Positions 37,308 to 40,194 of a DNA stretch of 40,194 bases are shown one piece after another. The stretch is from the sequence record PP554338.1. The stretch is one strand, 5' to 3'. Below the pieces are notes generated by a model. That model saw nothing but the letters and a program-made list of their open reading frames with translations, ran no database searches and was not told the DNA's origin. The position numbers and the translations under genes were made by a program. Each line of letters opens with the position of its first letter. The first letter of the stretch is position 1. The stretch comes from Klebsiella phage vB_KM5a1-KLB24.

Positions 37308-37609
37308 GGGGTGTATAAGGGGGTGTAAAAAGTTATAAAACAGTATCATTTTGACTTTTTCCCTTTACCGTTCAATCACTTACGGCTGATTTTCGTTGTT
37401 TTTCGTTTTCTAATAGGTACTTCCACCGAACCCGGTTCCCCCTACCCTAGAAATTCACAATTAAAAGGGGTGTGTATATGGTAAGGAGTTCTCTAGAAGG
37501 AAAGCATAGTTAAATGCCAAAACATACAGTAAGTATATGAATATATAGATATATATAACTATATATATAACTTCTTTTAACTACTATCTAAAAAGGGGTA
37601 TATACACCC
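37308..37609. repeat. Iteron-like repeats GGGGTGT(G)TATA x4 (three direct, one inverted) in the non-coding control region
   Basis: Copies at about 37308-37318, 37319-37331, 37467-37481 and 37594-37609 (inverted, forming a short hairpin). An AT-only tract (37535-37571) and the palindrome ACTTACAGTAAGT (37639-37651) lie between them. Confidence 0.5.
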
Positions 37610-37714
37610 CTAGAATTCAGGATTTTGTCACCTCCTTAGCTTTCAACAACTTACAGTAAGTCATTGAAACGTATAGGAAAGTTAAAATCGCTAATTTAAT
37701 TAATTCCAGAAATG

Positions 37715-37738
37715 AAAAAGCCCGACAAATCGCCGGGC
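37715..37738 (-). terminator. Intrinsic terminator GCCCG-N9-CGGGC + T5 (minus sense), preceded by a motif copy, ending the early gene block
   Basis: In minus sense: stop, then TTCCACCACTCCCCC, GCCCGGCGATTTGTCGGGC and TTTTT. Confidence 0.55.
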
Positions 37739-37753
37739 GGGGGAGTGGTGGAA
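37739..37753. repeat. Motif copy (intergenic, adjacent to the early-block terminator)
   Basis: Exact copy. Confidence 0.7.
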
Positions 37754-37760
37754 CCTTCAA

Positions 37761-38135
37761 TTACTCAATTCGCGCATTACCCTCTATTATCCAAAATTCA
37801 GTATCGGGCAATTCGTCTAACTCTAATTTTCCGTTTCTGATTTCTTTGATATGACCGTTTATTACCATATTCATGACGGAACCAAACGACATGTTTTGCC
37901 GTCTACTCTTTTCTATCTGCGAATCGTTCGCCAGCATGACGCCGCAAGAAATGGACATGTTAGGCCCGAAACTTAATTTTACGCTTTTCGGCTGGAATAA
38001 ATCGGCGTCAATTATCATTTTCCAGTCGTGAACAGGGTCGCGCGATTCCGCGCAATAACAAACGACTTGAATTTTATCCCCAATCTTTGCGCGGCCCTGC
38101 AAGTGCCACGCGGCAATTTTAAATTCGTTCTTCAT
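37761..38135 (-). CDS. Hypothetical protein (possible small beta-barrel, ASCH/PUA-like; weak)
   Basis: 124-aa ORF. Confidence 0.4.
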   Translation of the reverse strand: MKNEFKIAAWHLQGRAKIGDKIQVVCYCAESRDPVHDWKMIIDADLFQPKSVKLSFGPNMSISCGVMLANDSQIEKSRRQNMSFGSVMNMVINGHIKEIRNGKLELDELPDTEFWIIEGNARIE

Positions 38136-38149
38136 TTTATCACCTCGAT

Positions 38150-38172
38150 AAAAAGCCCGCGCGCGGCGGGCC
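38150..38172 (-). terminator. Terminator GCCCGC-CGCGC-GCGGGC + T5 (minus sense)
   Basis: Between two early genes, followed by a GAGGTG Shine-Dalgarno sequence. Confidence 0.5.
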
Positions 38173-38178
38173 TGTTAG

Positions 38179-38496
38179 TTAGAAATTCAGGTTAACGCGT
38201 TCAATGATGATTGAGGCGTTTTCGATATTCTCGACCACTTCGCCGTAAACGCTACACTGTTTGACGGCGAACCCGTTTTGCTTTTTCGGGGTGTGCGGCT
38301 GAACGCTAGTTTTGAAGCGGCGACCGTTCGGTTCGATAACTTCAATTTCGTAAGCGGCGCATTCAGAAACAATCATGTTAAACAGATTGTTTTGATTCGG
38401 CATTTCGTTATAGAAAACGAAAGTTTTTACGTTAACCTTGCTACCCGCGACAATCAGGTTCGCGCCGTTAAATTTCAGAATGTCAATCTTAACCAT
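38179..38496 (-). CDS. Hypothetical protein (start reassigned to MVKIDILK)
   Basis: GAGGA Shine-Dalgarno sequence before the internal ATG. Confidence 0.4.
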   Translation of the reverse strand: MVKIDILKFNGANLIVAGSKVNVKTFVFYNEMPNQNNLFNMIVSECAAYEIEVIEPNGRRFKTSVQPHTPKKQNGFAVKQCSVYGEVVENIENASIIIERVNLNF

Positions 38497-38551
38497 TTTT
38501 ACAAATCCTCGATTTAGGGTTAAGGCCCGCAACCGTTCGGGCCTGATAAAG

Positions 38552-38579
38552 ATAATACGCGAATTTAGGAAATTAGCAA
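38552..38579 (-). promoter_or_regulatory. Sigma70-like promoter TTGCTA-N16-TATTAT (minus sense)
   Basis: Shares the AAATTCGCGTATTAT block with the promoter at 10318-10345. Confidence 0.45.
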
Positions 38580-38585
38580 ATTAAT

Positions 38586-38804
38586 TTATTCGATAATTTC
38601 GATTTGGTCGCCAGCGTAGAGCGTGACCGGGAAACAAATTGCATCTTCCACGCCGTCAGTGGTTAGGCCGAAATTGATTCGGTTCAGTAACGGGCGGTGC
38701 GACTCCGCAAGCGACTCGACGGTTCGCACGGTGTAGGTTTTTTCTGAATCGAAACGAACGCGATTACCGATTTTAAGCGCCGAAGCGCGAACGAATTTAG
38801 CCAT
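38586..38804 (-). CDS. Hypothetical small protein (start reassigned to MAKFVRAS; AGAGGA Shine-Dalgarno sequence)
   Basis: 72 aa. Confidence 0.4.
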   Translation of the reverse strand: MAKFVRASALKIGNRVRFDSEKTYTVRTVESLAESHRPLLNRINFGLTTDGVEDAICFPVTLYAGDQIEIIE

Positions 38805-38851
38805 TTTCTTAAATCCTCTTTTGTGGTTCGACGCGTTTTGCCGTTGAGAAG

Positions 38852-38880
38852 ATATTACGAAATTCAGAATTAAAGCGCAA
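38852..38880 (-). promoter_or_regulatory. Sigma70-like promoter TTGCGC-N17-TAATAT (minus sense)
   Basis: Has the same GAATTTCG spacer block as the other early promoters. Confidence 0.4.
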
Positions 38881-38901
38881 GCGGTTTTTTGAAGAAACAC
38901 G

Positions 38902-38921
38902 AAAACCCCCAATTAAGGGGG
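38902..38921 (-). terminator. Terminator CCCCC-TTAATT-GGGGG + T4 (minus sense)
   Basis: Between the genes 38942..39214 and 38586..38804. Confidence 0.5.
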
Positions 38922-38941
38922 TAGGATTTACGGCGAATCAA

Positions 38942-39214
38942 CTATTTGTTGGTTTCGTCGTTTTCTTCTGCCGACGCAATTTCTACGCCAGCAAGACCAG
39001 CGGCGGCGATAGTTTCCGCCTCCTGAACGCTAACGCCGTTCATGGTCATACGCGAAACCAGATAGCCGCGCTGTTCGTCTTTCTGCGCGTCCTCCAGTGA
39101 TACGCCCTTGTTAATCATGGTTTCGCCAACCGCGATTAAGAGCGCCGCAAACTGATATGTAGCGATTTTCAGTTTTGCCTTTTTCGCTTCGGTCTTTGGT
39201 TTTTCTTCTGCCAT
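38942..39214 (-). CDS. Hypothetical acidic small protein
   Basis: 90 aa; GGGAG Shine-Dalgarno sequence. Confidence 0.4.
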   Translation of the reverse strand: MAEEKPKTEAKKAKLKIATYQFAALLIAVGETMINKGVSLEDAQKDEQRGYLVSRMTMNGVSVQEAETIAAAGLAGVEIASAEENDETNK

Positions 39215-39229
39215 TTGTAAAACTCCCGT

Positions 39230-39478
39230 TTAGGTTGATTTGCGCAATTTCTTTTTCATGCGCCTGAATTGACGTTTCGTTGGCTTTGTCGGCCCCCAAT
39301 ACGTCGAATACTCGTCGCAATCGCCCTTTTCGTCCTCATGGAACGTTTGCGAATAAAAGCCCGCCGGATATGACTGTTTAAACCCTTGTGGCTGGTGGGC
39401 GGTATGGAATCGCATATGATGCAAGAAAATCATGCATCCTTTCGAATCCTGAATTCGTAACCCTTCAAATTTAGGCAT
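39230..39478 (-). CDS. Hypothetical small protein with a basic C-terminus
   Basis: 82-aa ORF. Confidence 0.35.
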   Translation of the reverse strand: MPKFEGLRIQDSKGCMIFLHHMRFHTAHQPQGFKQSYPAGFYSQTFHEDEKGDCDEYSTYWGPTKPTKRQFRRMKKKLRKST

Positions 39479-40124
39479 ACTGTAACCCTAGTTCGTGAAT
39501 CAGTAAAGTTAATTGATTGCTTTCATCAATATAGTATTTCACGTTTGCGGCGGTCGCTTCGCTGAACCGCATTACGGAAATTTCGCGTTTGAAAAACGGA
39601 TGGTCTACGTTATCGCCCAAATTGCGGTTAACCGCTTCGCGCGTTTTATCCGCAACCTCTTTCGCCGACATAAAATCGGGAATCATAACGATTGTTTTCG
39701 GTAGTTTTTCGGTGTGAATGTCGCACCATACAAAATCCGAAATACCTTCATTTGTCAGAACGGAAACCGGGGAGCCTTCGCCAGCGCGCAACGTAATGAC
39801 AAATGGGTCTTTGTCCGGGTTAGCGGCAAAGTATTTAACGCGCGGTTGCATCGCTTCAATAGCGGCGCTGTAAATTTTGCGGCGTTTAAGGTAATTGGCG
39901 CAACGCAAAAAGTTGTCTAGCATCGACGCGATAGCTTTCGCGAAATGGTTAAACGGCTTTTTGGTCACGCCTTTGGATGAAACGACATAGCCGCTTTCAT
40001 CTTTCTGAATTGTGCCAACTACAACGCCGTCTTGCATCAAGTACCATTCGGACGGCGTTTTTTTGGCAATACATTTATTCATGATTGCGATTGCTTCGAA
40101 TCGCGTGGTTTGTTCGTTAATCAT
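39471..40124 (-). CDS. Hypothetical protein (start reassigned to MINEQTTRF; GAGG Shine-Dalgarno sequence)
   Basis: 217 aa; the first gene of the early block visible in the window. Confidence 0.4.
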   Translation of the reverse strand: MINEQTTRFEAIAIMNKCIAKKTPSEWYLMQDGVVVGTIQKDESGYVVSSKGVTKKPFNHFAKAIASMLDNFLRCANYLKRRKIYSAAIEAMQPRVKYFAANPDKDPFVITLRAGEGSPVSVLTNEGISDFVWCDIHTEKLPKTIVMIPDFMSAKEVADKTREAVNRNLGDNVDHPFFKREISVMRFSEATAANVKYYIDESNQLTLLIHELGLQYA

Positions 40125-40194
40125 GATAAGCCTCGTTTCTATCAACCGGAATTTAAGGATATACCACCAGCGGAACAGCGTCAACGGCTGTTCG

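Noticed and set aside
2223-37753. Dispersed motif as a CRISPR array or a set of IS/MITE ends
   Set aside because: The copies are 1-5 kb apart with irregular spacing and have no flanking direct repeats or spacers. Many are inside intact ORFs in frame.
23770-38660. Second shared 14-mer TTCCAC(C/G)CCGTCAG (about 23772 and about 38647) and the shared 13-mer CGCTGGTGGCTAT (about 25819 and about 34106)
   Set aside because: There are only two copies of each, both coding (DGVE and a Chi-containing stretch), so chance or codon preference cannot be excluded.

Overview
This 40.2-kb window looks like most of the genome of a tailed dsDNA phage of an enterobacterial host, of siphovirus type. No integrase or repressor is visible in the window. 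The ORF track treats TTG and GTG as start codons, so several starts were re-placed at the nearest ATG with a Shine-Dalgarno sequence. Short-motif coordinates are read by eye and may be off by 1-2 nt.

Layout:
- **1-2829 (-):** prim-pol / SF3 primase-helicase.
- **3130-9610 (+):** replication/recombination operon: AAA_24 (Sak4-like) ATPase, a DUF669-like SSB with long N/Q/G-rich tails, a Cas4/AddB-like Fe-S PD-(D/E)XK nuclease, an SF2 DEAH helicase, a DEDDy 3'-5' exonuclease and small ORFs. It ends at a bidirectional terminator near 9.6 kb.
- **40.1 kb down to 10.4 kb (-):** one long co-directional block.
  - Early small genes (39471-37761), each with its own sigma70-like promoter and terminator.
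  - A ~545-bp non-coding control region (37216-37760).
  - VRR-NUC nuclease, then the lysis cassette: holin, secreted endolysin, Rz with embedded Rz1.
  - HTH protein, HNH endonuclease, three small Cys-rich/membrane ORFs.
  - TerS (P27 family) and TerL.
  - Portal, HK97-type prohead protease, HK97-fold major capsid, connector and tail-completion genes.
  - Lambda-like tail: V-like major tail with Ig domain, G and G-T chaperones (-1 frameshift), tape measure, then M-, L-, K-, I- and J-like proteins with clear sequence similarity to lambda gpM/L/K/I/J.
  - Two extra ORFs (325 aa and 949 aa) sit between gpI-like and gpJ-like.

Most interesting signals:
- A 14-15-nt motif GGGGGAGTGGTGGAA (mRNA-sense TTCCACCACTCCCCC) recurs at least 14 times. 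Copies lie upstream of J, G, TerL and other genes, and in several ORFs in different reading frames.
- Three copies are fused to GC hairpin + T-run terminator-like structures, and one lies at +1 of a candidate late promoter that has tandem TACACCCC repeats at -40 to -65.
- The late block is studded with intrinsic-terminator-like hairpins.
- E. coli Chi octamers are unusually dense.
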